Positions 9,842-18,912 of a DNA stretch of 64,000 bases are shown in pieces. Source of the stretch: a candidate division WOR-3 bacterium (GTDB taxonomy: Bacteria > Hydrothermota > Hydrothermia > JBDRYB01); contig JBDRYB010000003.1 in the NCBI GenBank assembly GCA_039803205.1, positions 1-64,000 on the forward strand. Direction: 5' to 3'. The position numbers and the translations under genes are program-made. The notes beneath the pieces were generated by a model that worked only from the letters and a program-made list of their open reading frames with translations, was not told the DNA's origin and did no database searches. The first letter of the stretch is position 1, and every line of letters starts with the position of its first letter.

Positions 9842-9965
9842 CTGAGCCCGTTTGATTCCCCGCTCAAAAACCCTGATCGTGTTCAATTTTAAGCTTAGTG
9901 GGCGGGAAGCCGCGGGCTAAACGCACCTTGCGATTAATGTATGAGGTGAGTTATAATATAATATC

Positions 9966-11681
9966 TTGATAACCCTTGGAATTCACGACGGACACACAGC
10001 CACGGTCGCGCTTGTGGTTGATGGGAGGTTGGTCTCTGCGGTCTCAGAGGAACGCCTCAACCGGATCAAGGAGTGGGGAGGATTCCCATACAGGGCAATA
10101 GAAGAAGTCCTCAGGATAGCGGGTGTTTCCCCGAAAGATGTCAGGTTGGTGGGGATCGCGACCCTTTTCCCACCAATAACATCAGCGGAATACGAAATGG
10201 CCCACCCTGCGAAGAGGCTTTTTTGGGCGGCGACCAAATTCGTTCCAAGGCCCCTTCTCTACAACGGAGCTTGGCTATCCGGGGCCAGGGTTATATCGGG
10301 CCCCATAATCACCAGGAGGAGGCGCGCGGTGGCTGAGGCCATCTCGGAAACCGGCATATCCGCTCCCCTGCTCTTCTACGAGCACCACACTGCCCACGGC
10401 CTCGGCGCTCACATCCTCTCAGGCATGCCAGAAAGCCTGGTTTTGACCGCTGATGGCTCTGGAGACATGCTCTCCGCGACGGTCTCGGTTGCCAGGGGAA
10501 AAACCCTGAAGAGGCTGTCGGAGATCTCCAACTACAACTCCTTGGGAGAGTTTTACACGAGGATAACCCAATATCTCGGAATGAAGCCCCTTTCCCACGA
10601 ATACAAGGTAATGGGCCTCGCTCCCTACGCGCCCGAGGAAATGGGGAAGGCGGCCTACCAGAGGATAAAAGGCTATTTCGCTGTTCTGCCGGAAAGATTG
10701 AGCTTCATAAACACCTCAGGCGCCTGGAAAAGGGATTACCTGAAGAGGTTTCGGAATGATCTCGCTGGGATGAGGTTTGACGCTGTCGCTTTCGCGGCGC
10801 AGAAGCTCCTTGAGGATATCGTTGTTTCATGGGTCAGCTCAGCAATAGAAAAGACGAAAATGCGCGCCCTCAGCCTCTCAGGCGGGGTTTTCATGAATGT
10901 GAAGCTGAACAACCTCATCCTCCAGGCCGATGGCGTTGAAGAGGTCTTCATAATGCCTTCTGCGGGGGACGAAAGCCTCGCTCTGGCTGTCGCTATGATG
11001 GCGTATCTTGAAACCATGTCTGGGCCACATGAGCCTCTGGGAGACCTCTATCTCGGGCCAGAGTTTGGGGATTCCGATATAGAAAAGGCCCTCTCCGGCC
11101 TGGGCCAAGGATTTACGGTCTCTTACGAGGGCGATGCCATTCACGAGCGCCTTGGAAGGCTACTTGCCCAGGGAAGGATCATGGCGAGGTTCTGGGGAAG
11201 GATGGAGTTCGGGGCAAGAGCCCTTGGTAACCGAAGCATCCTCGCTGATCCGAGGAGGCGCGAGACAGTTGACAGGATAAACAGGGCGATAAAGATGAGG
11301 GATTTCTGGATGCCTTTCGCGCCCACGGTTCTCTATGAGCGGAGGCATGATTACCTCGTAAATCCGAAGGATCATCCTGCCAAATACATGATGGTCGCAT
11401 TTCCAACAACCCCTCTGGCAAAGAGGGACCTTCCGGCGGCACTCCATCCGGCGGACGGAACAGCGAGGCCCCAGATCCTCAGGAAGGAGGATAACCCCAC
11501 ATATTACAGGGTGATAAAGGCTTTTGAGGCTGAAACCGGCGTGGGCGCTGTCCTTAACACATCCTTCAACCTACACGGCGACCCTATAGTCTGCACCCCC
11601 CAGGACGCGGTTGATACGCTTCTGAGATCAGACCTTGATGGCCTGGCAATCGGCGGATGGCTGGTCCTCAGGAAGAGATGA
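9966..11681 (+). CDS. Carbamoyltransferase (NodU/CmcH family)
   Basis: 'EERLNRIK', 'EHHTAH', 'EYKVMGLAPY', 'GGVFMNVKLN', 'EFGARALGNRSILADP', 'LNTSFNLHGDPIV'. Confidence 0.93.
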   Translation: MITLGIHDGHTATVALVVDGRLVSAVSEERLNRIKEWGGFPYRAIEEVLRIAGVSPKDVRLVGIATLFPPITSAEYEMAHPAKRLFWAATKFVPRPLLYNGAWLSGARVISGPIITRRRRAVAEAISETGISAPLLFYEHHTAHGLGAHILSGMPESLVLTADGSGDMLSATVSVARGKTLKRLSEISNYNSLGEFYTRITQYLGMKPLSHEYKVMGLAPYAPEEMGKAAYQRIKGYFAVLPERLSFINTSGAWKRDYLKRFRNDLAGMRFDAVAFAAQKLLEDIVVSWVSSAIEKTKMRALSLSGGVFMNVKLNNLILQADGVEEVFIMPSAGDESLALAVAMMAYLETMSGPHEPLGDLYLGPEFGDSDIEKALSGLGQGFTVSYEGDAIHERLGRLLAQGRIMARFWGRMEFGARALGNRSILADPRRRETVDRINRAIKMRDFWMPFAPTVLYERRHDYLVNPKDHPAKYMMVAFPTTPLAKRDLPAALHPADGTARPQILRKEDNPTYYRVIKAFEAETGVGAVLNTSFNLHGDPIVCTPQDAVDTLLRSDLDGLAIGGWLVLRKR

Positions 11682-11693
11682 ACGAGGATTGAA

Positions 11694-12599
11694 ATGTCCC
11701 CCCGTGAAACAAAGCCTTCACCTCCCAATCCTAATGAGGGGCGAGGAACTAGAAAGCCCCCTTGGCTGAGGGTTCGTTTGCCCGGCAAGGGGGAATTCTC
11801 GGGAACGAGCCGGGTTCTAAGGGAGCTGAGGCTGAACACGGTTTGCCAGGAGGCTCGTTGCCCGAACATATCCGATTGTTGGGGCCGCGGAACCGCTACA
11901 TTCATGATCCTCGGCAAAACATGCACGAGAAGGTGCGGGTTCTGTGCGACCGAAACAGGGAGGCCAAAACCGCCTGATCCGGATGAGCCCGAACGCGTTG
12001 CGGAGGCCGTCAAGAGGATGGGAATAAGGTTTGCTGTCATCACTTCAACCACGAGGGATGACCTTCCTGATGGGGGCGCAGGGCATTTCGCTGAGGTGAT
12101 ACGGGCGGTTAAACGCACAGGGGCCATGGTTGAGGTCCTCGTTCCTGATTTCGGAGGAGACGCTGAGGCTATAAAGACCGTTCTCGGAGCTGGGCCGGAT
12201 GTTTTCGCTCACAATACCGAAACAACAAGGAGATTGACCCCTTTGGTAAGGGATGGGCGTGCTGATTACGGGACATCGCTTGAGGTTCTGAGGATAGCGG
12301 CTCAGCACGGGTCTGCCCTCGTGAAATCGGGGTTCATGGTTGGCTTGGGGGAAACTGAGGATGAGATATATGAGACCCTCAGGGACATACGGGAGGCCGG
12401 GGCAGTTGCAATAACCATAGGCCAGTATCTCCAACCAACTATGGCTCACCTCCCTGTTGCCCGGTTCGTTGAACCGGAAAGGTTCGCGCTTTATGCCAGG
12501 TGGGCCAAAGGGCTTGGATACGAGCACATCGCCTCCGGCCCCCTTGTGAGGAGCAGTTATAGGGCGGAGGAGATAGCGCTGGGTTTTCCACGAATCTAG
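11694..12599 (+). CDS. lipA: Lipoyl synthase
   Basis: CX4CX5C (CQEARCPNISDC), CX3CX2C (CTRRCGFC) and C-terminal RSSY. Confidence 0.96.
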   Translation: MSPRETKPSPPNPNEGRGTRKPPWLRVRLPGKGEFSGTSRVLRELRLNTVCQEARCPNISDCWGRGTATFMILGKTCTRRCGFCATETGRPKPPDPDEPERVAEAVKRMGIRFAVITSTTRDDLPDGGAGHFAEVIRAVKRTGAMVEVLVPDFGGDAEAIKTVLGAGPDVFAHNTETTRRLTPLVRDGRADYGTSLEVLRIAAQHGSALVKSGFMVGLGETEDEIYETLRDIREAGAVAITIGQYLQPTMAHLPVARFVEPERFALYARWAKGLGYEHIASGPLVRSSYRAEEIALGFPRI

Positions 12600-12694
12600 G
12601 GTCGCGTTCGCCAACACTGTGCGTCAGGATCGCTCCCTGAGTCTTGAACCCCATAGAACGAACCCTTTACACTGTATTTCTTACGGGAGGAATC

Positions 12695-13390
12695 ATGAAA
12701 AAGCTCGCGTTCATTGTGGGATTGGTCCTTTTCGGTTGTGAGGGCTGGAACATGGGTGGTCCGGACAACCCGCCTGATCCGTATCCCCTGGTCGTCGGGA
12801 ACTCATGGCATTACATAGCCATATCCGGGGACATTACTGACTGGTTCATTGACTCCGTCGCGGCAAAAGAGCCGTTTGGTTCTCATCAGAACGCCTACAG
12901 GATAGTGGAGATAACATCGGGTAAGGGCGCGGCATTCTGGCTACCTGAGAGGATGAGGACAAGGGACATATTTGAGTGGCACGCCTTCTACGATGACGAT
13001 TACCTGGTTTTTGCTCTTGCTGATCCCTACGATACTATGGAAATAAGGCTTTTCAAGAGGGACCCTGATATCGGCGATAGGTGGGCTTCATACAGGGAGA
13101 TTACTGTATACGATGAGGACGGGGATATGATAGAGGACACACTGATCTTCAGCCTAATGATGGAAATTGTTTCCTACGAGGATGTGATGACGCCTGCGGG
13201 AGAATTCGCATCATTCAGGAGCCTCAGAAGCGAATGGGATAGCCTGTGGCTTTCGGGAACTGGCGAATGGGAGGTTAATACCTACTATTGGGATTACTTC
13301 TTCTGGGCCCCCGGGGTTGGCATGATCAAGTATTGCGATTATTGGGATGAGAACCAGGGGTATCACCTTGAATCATACAACCTGAGATAA
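12695..13390 (+). CDS. Acidic lipoprotein, hypothetical
   Basis: GGAGG RBS; lipobox-like MKKLAFIVGLVLFG-C; 'YPLVVGNSWHY', 'VMTPAGEF', 'WAPGVGMIK'. Confidence 0.75.
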   Translation: MKKLAFIVGLVLFGCEGWNMGGPDNPPDPYPLVVGNSWHYIAISGDITDWFIDSVAAKEPFGSHQNAYRIVEITSGKGAAFWLPERMRTRDIFEWHAFYDDDYLVFALADPYDTMEIRLFKRDPDIGDRWASYREITVYDEDGDMIEDTLIFSLMMEIVSYEDVMTPAGEFASFRSLRSEWDSLWLSGTGEWEVNTYYWDYFFWAPGVGMIKYCDYWDENQGYHLESYNLR

Positions 13391-13549
13391 AAGAGCGGTC
13401 TTGCCGGAGGGGTTTTAGGCCGGAGAGCGCGCTGTTCCAGCTAGGACCTATTATTACAAGGGTTCTCTCCCTTCAACCAACCCGCGTTCCCAGCTGGCAA
13501 ACGGAAAGAGAGCTCCTTTATAATCTCTCCCGGACAAGGAGGCGATAAT

Positions 13550-14353
13550 TTGGCTGATGAAGCAACTGCCACGAGAAAACTCAGGTGCACCCAGTGTGGA
13601 GCGCCCTTGGATGTTCCCAGGGGCGCGGACCACATAACCTGTCCGTTCTGCGGCTCTGCAATAGAGGTCAAGAGGGAGATATACCAGGGAGAGTTCTGGG
13701 CAAAGCCCGTCTTTGACAAGGCCGCCGCCACCGAGCGTTTCTTCCGGTGGACAGCTGAGAGGGACAAACCAGCGCCCTTCAACGAGAAAGTGGAATTGAG
13801 AAACATCGTCCCGGTCTGGGTCCCAACATGGCACATAAGGGAATGGAAGGCTGGGCCTGGAGGCGCCAGGGAAATAGCCTTCTCAATCCTGCCGGGCTTT
13901 GCTGACAGAAAGACATACGAGGCCCTTTCCCCGCAGAACCTCCCCCTCCAGGCCATAAAACCCTTGGAGGAACCCCTCCCCGGCGAATCAGCACAGCCGG
14001 ATATGTCCCCCCAGGACAAGATAACCTTCCTCAAGAGCCGGGGCCAGGATGTTCACGAGCTCAGTCTGGTTTATGTTCCCCTATACCGAGTTGAATACTC
14101 TTACAAGGGCAAGTCATACAGCCTGCTCATAGAGGGAATGACCGGCGGGGTTCACGCCATAGATTATCCGAAGAAGCCGGGCTGGCCATACTACCTCTAC
14201 ACCGTCGCTTTCGGAATATTCTTCTTCTTGCTGTCCTTGCCCTTGTTTTCTGAGGACACGGTGGATCTGGGACTCACCCTCCTGTGTCTGGGATCTGTTC
14301 TGAGCCTGCCCGTATCAGCCCTCATAGCATATTTTCTGGTGAAGAAGGTGTGA
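13550..14353 (+). CDS. Zinc-ribbon membrane protein (YdjG-like)
   Basis: N-terminal CxxC...CxxC; 'LVYVPLYRVEYSYKGKSY..IEGMTG'; two C-terminal TMs. Confidence 0.75.
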   Translation: MADEATATRKLRCTQCGAPLDVPRGADHITCPFCGSAIEVKREIYQGEFWAKPVFDKAAATERFFRWTAERDKPAPFNEKVELRNIVPVWVPTWHIREWKAGPGGAREIAFSILPGFADRKTYEALSPQNLPLQAIKPLEEPLPGESAQPDMSPQDKITFLKSRGQDVHELSLVYVPLYRVEYSYKGKSYSLLIEGMTGGVHAIDYPKKPGWPYYLYTVAFGIFFFLLSLPLFSEDTVDLGLTLLCLGSVLSLPVSALIAYFLVKKV

Positions 14354-14354
14354 G

Positions 14355-15296
14355 ATGGCCGAGACAGCAATAACACAAATAAAGGGCCTGAACTGCCCTA
14401 ACTGCGGGGATGCTCTTGAGCTTGTGGCTGGTCAGGTTATAGTTGATTGCAAGTCATGCGGAACCCTCTTTAGGGTTGAGGGGCTTCTCGGAACCCCTCG
14501 CTTCCTGGTAAAGAACGCTCTTGATGCGGCGAGGGCTCAGGCTTTAGTCAAGGAATGGCTAAATAGGTGGGGGATCCCCGGTTCCTTCAAGAGAGGCGTG
14601 AAGGTTGAGTCCGCCAGACAGGTCTATGTTCCCATGTGGTTCACTGAGGGCCAGGTCATAGGCTGGCGCCTTGGCTACACCGAATCCACTGATTCCAAAG
14701 GTAATAAAACCAGAACATATCACGAATACAAAGTCAATAGACGGCTCAGGTGGTCAGACCCAGCAACAGGGATAGGGGAGCTATCCGTGACAACCATAAA
14801 CCTGGAGGGCCTTCCCCTAAACCACTACTCGGAGGCGGAACGCCCTGAGGGCGAATACCTGGAAATAACCGAAGAGGAAGAGGCCTCGCGGAGAGAAGCC
14901 AAAGAAGGGCTCCTTGCGGCCGCCAGGAGCGGATACCGTTTGGACTATGTCACGGACGAGTTCCTTGAAGTGGTGGATCAGGACTTCTTCCTGGTCTATT
15001 ATCCCTTCTGGCAGGTTACATACTCCTACAAAAACCTGAAGTTCTCAGCGACCGTTGATGGCGCTAGGTCTCAGCTCAGATACGCGAGGGCTCCAAGGGC
15101 AACTGGGTTCCGGATATGGCCTGTTGTGCTAGGCTTGGCCCTTGTTGATCCTCTGATAATGGGCCTCGGAGTCCTCATAACCCAGCTTACCGAGGAGGGA
15201 AAGGTCCTCATAGTTGCTGTGGCACTCCTCTTCGTATTTAACCTTGGGCTAGGGAAAACCATGAAAGGAGGAGGAGAAATTGTCCTCAACAAGTAA
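14355..15296 (+). CDS. Zinc-ribbon membrane protein (YdjG-like)
   Basis: CPNC...CKSC; 'YVPMW', 'YYPFWQVTYSYK..VDG'; two C-terminal TMs. Confidence 0.75.
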   Translation: MAETAITQIKGLNCPNCGDALELVAGQVIVDCKSCGTLFRVEGLLGTPRFLVKNALDAARAQALVKEWLNRWGIPGSFKRGVKVESARQVYVPMWFTEGQVIGWRLGYTESTDSKGNKTRTYHEYKVNRRLRWSDPATGIGELSVTTINLEGLPLNHYSEAERPEGEYLEITEEEEASRREAKEGLLAAARSGYRLDYVTDEFLEVVDQDFFLVYYPFWQVTYSYKNLKFSATVDGARSQLRYARAPRATGFRIWPVVLGLALVDPLIMGLGVLITQLTEEGKVLIVAVALLFVFNLGLGKTMKGGGEIVLNK

Positions 15297-15834
15297 AGAG
15301 ATAAGGCTTGTGCCGCTCAGATGCCCTGATTGCGATAAGCTCCTTGACAAGAAAGGGGAGCACTTCGCTACATGCAACGCCTGCGGAAAGACATACCAGG
15401 TCACGAGGGCTGGCATCAAGCCAACTCGGATAAGGACTGCAAAGGGCCAGGGCAAAACCCTTAGGCCTTTTTGGGTTTTCAGGTGCGATGTCCAGATAAC
15501 CCACCGGGATGCGAGCGGCAGCGTGGGCAGTTTCTTTGAAAAGCTCCTCGGAGGAGGCTCGGGAAGCGGCGAGATCAGGGTCTTTATTCCGGCCTATCAT
15601 CTTGATTCCGAGGAGATGTTTGAGGTTGCCATGAGAATGACCGAGCGACAACCCAAGTATGAGGCTATGGATATGGGCAACGCAATAGGCATAGTAATAC
15701 CAGAGGATGAGGCCAAAAGGTATATCGTGCCCGTTGTCATGGGCCTGGAGGTGAGGCGAAAGGACACCCTCCACTCCATACGCTTCAATGTGAAGCTCAA
15801 GGAATCAAGCCTGGATTGGGTCTGGACCGAATAG
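15280..15834 (+). CDS. Zinc-ribbon protein
   Basis: CPDC...CNAC; 'RPFWVF'; overlaps the upstream gene. Confidence 0.7.
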   Translation: MSSTSKEIRLVPLRCPDCDKLLDKKGEHFATCNACGKTYQVTRAGIKPTRIRTAKGQGKTLRPFWVFRCDVQITHRDASGSVGSFFEKLLGGGSGSGEIRVFIPAYHLDSEEMFEVAMRMTERQPKYEAMDMGNAIGIVIPEDEAKRYIVPVVMGLEVRRKDTLHSIRFNVKLKESSLDWVWTE

Positions 15835-15874
15835 GGTGAGTCGTCGGTTTGGCTCAGCAGGGGGAGGCCGAGAT

Positions 15875-17407
15875 ATGAGATACCTGAAGGAAGCCATTGG
15901 GAAACCAGGGGTTTGGTTCCTCATCTTTCTCGGGCTCTGGGTCGCCGTGAACCTTTATACCCTTATGGGTTTTCCGCCGCAGATAAGCTCTTTTGATGAG
16001 GCCATGAACGCCTCACTCGCTATGGGAATCTGGAAATACGGGGCCATCAAGACCGACATATTTCCCGATTCATACCTCGGCCAATACGGATATGGGGTCA
16101 TATCAGCGTGGCTCTACTTTGGAATCCTTGCCGTATTTCTCAAGGTTTTCGGGATAAGCCTCTTCTGGGCAAGGATGGTCTCCCTGCTCTCAGGCGCAAC
16201 GGGGCTTATCCTGGTTTATCTTGCCGGCAGGGAGTTGAAGGACAGCTGGACGGGTTTCCTAGCGAGCGTGTTTCTGGGCACAGAGGCCCTAGTTATGGAT
16301 GTCTCGCACACCGGAAGAACGGATGCCATGATGATCACCATAGTCGCTTTATCACTCCTCTTTTTTATCATGGGGATGAAGCGCCAAAACAACTGGTTCA
16401 CAGGGACAGCGGGGTTCATCTCGGTTCTCTCCATTTGGGTTAGGCCGCTCTGCCTGTTTGTTGTTCCAGCATACGCACTTGCCCTATTGGCTATGCTGAG
16501 ATGGCGTTCGTTCCTCTGGTTTCTGCTTGGCTGTGCGGTAGGATGCGCTCTCCTCTTTTTCACGAATTACCTTCCCAATATCGGCTATCCCCTTCTCGGC
16601 GATCTGGATGTCGCAAACCAGTATTCTCCAGCTCTTCTTTTGATCCGCGGAAGGTTTTCCGATCTGTGGACTAACCTCTGCTCCAACATCCTCGGGGTCT
16701 TCAGCTTCTTCAAGACCGTCTCGGTTAGATACACCATATTCAAGCTCTCGGTGATCCTTGGCTTCTTAAGTATCCTCATAAACAGAAGGGATGCTAAGCC
16801 CTTTTACGCGCTAGTCATAACGGCAACCCTCGGCGCGTTTTTGATTTGGCCGAGGATGAACTGGCTCTATTTTCCCTCCATAATGCCCTTTTTCGTTCTC
16901 GGCGGGGTTCTGGGCCTGGGGAGATGGAGGCTCGCCAGGATGCTCCTTTTGGCCCTCCTGATGGTTCTCGGTTCCTGGTATCCTTTCGTGCTGAATCACA
17001 GGTATCGCGATGGAGAGGAGTATTTCGCTAAGGTATTGGATAGGATATCCAGCAGGGTCCCGGCCGGGTCAGTGGTCTTGGGGGATGGTTCTTGGCTTTG
17101 GTGGAACCTGGAGAGAAAGGGCTCAAGGCTCGTCATACCCGTGAGCGAGGATTTTCATAAGGGGAAAGAGAACCTCATGGGTTTCTGCTCAAAATACGGG
17201 GTGGACTACATATACCTCACTTACAGCTCTGATACCTGCGTTCTATTTTACATAGTGCTTACCCCGTATTCCTACTCTCGCCGATTGTTGTCCGAGGAGG
17301 AGAAGGGGTTCATAAATGGACTTGAGGTGGTGGATGTTATACACCTGAAAAAGGGGTTCGGCGGCATGCGTTTTGACAGCCTTGTCCTATACAGAGTGAA
17401 TAAATGA
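15875..17407 (+). CDS. GT-C glycosyltransferase (ArnT/PMT-like)
   Basis: First-loop 'FDE'; many TMs; 'FGISLFWARMVSLL'; 'GRTD'. Confidence 0.82.
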   Translation: MRYLKEAIGKPGVWFLIFLGLWVAVNLYTLMGFPPQISSFDEAMNASLAMGIWKYGAIKTDIFPDSYLGQYGYGVISAWLYFGILAVFLKVFGISLFWARMVSLLSGATGLILVYLAGRELKDSWTGFLASVFLGTEALVMDVSHTGRTDAMMITIVALSLLFFIMGMKRQNNWFTGTAGFISVLSIWVRPLCLFVVPAYALALLAMLRWRSFLWFLLGCAVGCALLFFTNYLPNIGYPLLGDLDVANQYSPALLLIRGRFSDLWTNLCSNILGVFSFFKTVSVRYTIFKLSVILGFLSILINRRDAKPFYALVITATLGAFLIWPRMNWLYFPSIMPFFVLGGVLGLGRWRLARMLLLALLMVLGSWYPFVLNHRYRDGEEYFAKVLDRISSRVPAGSVVLGDGSWLWWNLERKGSRLVIPVSEDFHKGKENLMGFCSKYGVDYIYLTYSSDTCVLFYIVLTPYSYSRRLLSEEEKGFINGLEVVDVIHLKKGFGGMRFDSLVLYRVNK

Positions 17408-18912
17408 GGGTTCCGAGGGGCCTATTTCGCAAACCGGGTTTCTGGTTTGTCGTTTATATCGTGTTCTGGCTCACGGCAAACCTCATAACGCTTACATGGT
17501 TCCCTGGATGGGACTTGAACCAGGATGAAGCCCTTCACGCCTCATGCGCTTGGGGGATCTGGGAATACGGCGCTGTTAGGTCAGGGTTCCTCCCAGGCTC
17601 ATACCTCGGCCAATACGGCTACGGCATGCTATCTAGCTGGATCTACTATGGGATCCTCGCTCTCTTTTTGAAGATTTTCGGGATAGGCATCTTCTGGGCA
17701 AGGCTTCCCTCCCTCCTATCAGGGGCGGCAATCCTACTCTGCACTTACCAGATGGGCAAGGAATTCGGTTCCCCGGCATCAGGGCTTCTGGCGTCCGTTT
17801 TCACGGGCTTTGAGGTATTTTTCCTTAGGGCATCCCATTATACCCGCTCGGATGCCATGCTCGCGGCATGGATATGCGTCTCCGTCCTTCTCTTCCTGGT
17901 GGCCATGAGGCGAAAGGCCTGGTGGATTTTCGCGACCCTGGGCTTCGTATCTGGGATATCGGTTCTGGTAAGACCCTTGGGCATATTTCTGGTCCCGGGC
18001 CTCGCAATGCTCATGATCCTCTCGAGAAGATGGGCCGGCCTCGCTTGGTTCAGTTTGGGCGCGGCTTTGGCTGGTTTCATCATGTTCTTCACAAATTTCT
18101 TGCCCTTCAGGGATTATCCCATCCTCTCTGATATAGATGAGCCAAACCGCTCCTCCCCGATCTTCCTTCTCCTCACCCGCCAATTCCACCTCATACCCAT
18201 CGTGATTGAGTCTAAGACACGGTTTCTCCTTCTGATATTCTTAGGATGGCATGAACCCATTTCAAGGTTCCTCATTCTTCGCGTGACCCTCCTCGCCGCG
18301 ACCCTGGGCGCTATGTTAAGGTTCCGGGACTATCCTCTTCTCTACGGTATCCCTCTAGCCCTCACGCTGAGCGCTATATTCTGCTGGCCCTTGCTCCGCG
18401 GCGGGTATCTGATATTCCTCGTTCCCTTGCTTGCTTTGGGGTTCTTCGTGGCGTTTCAAAGGGTCTCGTGGATAAGGTGGGGAATGCTGATATTCGGGGT
18501 CGTGGTGGGGTCTGTGGCCGCTTACAGGAGCACCGAGGAGTGCCGCGCGAACGCGCCCATTCGCAGGCTTGAGAGCATGGTTTTCCGCGAGATTCCCCCT
18601 GGTAAGACCCTCATGATCAATTGGTTCTGGTTCTGGTGGCCCCTTCACCACAGGAATCGGCTTGTCGCTATGGTGGATCAGGATTTCACATGGGGAGATC
18701 TGAGCTTCGCGGATCTGGTAAAACGCCATGCCCCTGATTACATAGCAGTGGTCTTCTGGAAGGATTTCCTGATATGGCCGAGGCAGATGAACCATGGGGA
18801 TACCCTCTATATTTCAGGGTTGGAAAAGATGGCGGGGTTTTACTTTCAGGGCGAGAACAGGTGGAGAGGGTTTGATAGCCTAATAATATACAAGGTTCCT
18901 GATGGTCTTTGA
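17404..18912 (+). CDS. GT-C glycosyltransferase (ArnT/PMT-like), tandem paralog
   Basis: 'QDE'; 'SYLGQYGYG' shared with the upstream paralog; 'WARLPSLL'; 'RSD'. Confidence 0.82.
   Translation: MRVPRGLFRKPGFWFVVYIVFWLTANLITLTWFPGWDLNQDEALHASCAWGIWEYGAVRSGFLPGSYLGQYGYGMLSSWIYYGILALFLKIFGIGIFWARLPSLLSGAAILLCTYQMGKEFGSPASGLLASVFTGFEVFFLRASHYTRSDAMLAAWICVSVLLFLVAMRRKAWWIFATLGFVSGISVLVRPLGIFLVPGLAMLMILSRRWAGLAWFSLGAALAGFIMFFTNFLPFRDYPILSDIDEPNRSSPIFLLLTRQFHLIPIVIESKTRFLLLIFLGWHEPISRFLILRVTLLAATLGAMLRFRDYPLLYGIPLALTLSAIFCWPLLRGGYLIFLVPLLALGFFVAFQRVSWIRWGMLIFGVVVGSVAAYRSTEECRANAPIRRLESMVFREIPPGKTLMINWFWFWWPLHHRNRLVAMVDQDFTWGDLSFADLVKRHAPDYIAVVFWKDFLIWPRQMNHGDTLYISGLEKMAGFYFQGENRWRGFDSLIIYKVPDGL

Noticed and set aside
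9835..9925. Integron attC site after the 9335-9841 ORFan
   Set aside because: No convincing RYYYAAC/GTTRRRY pair, no second copy and no integrase.
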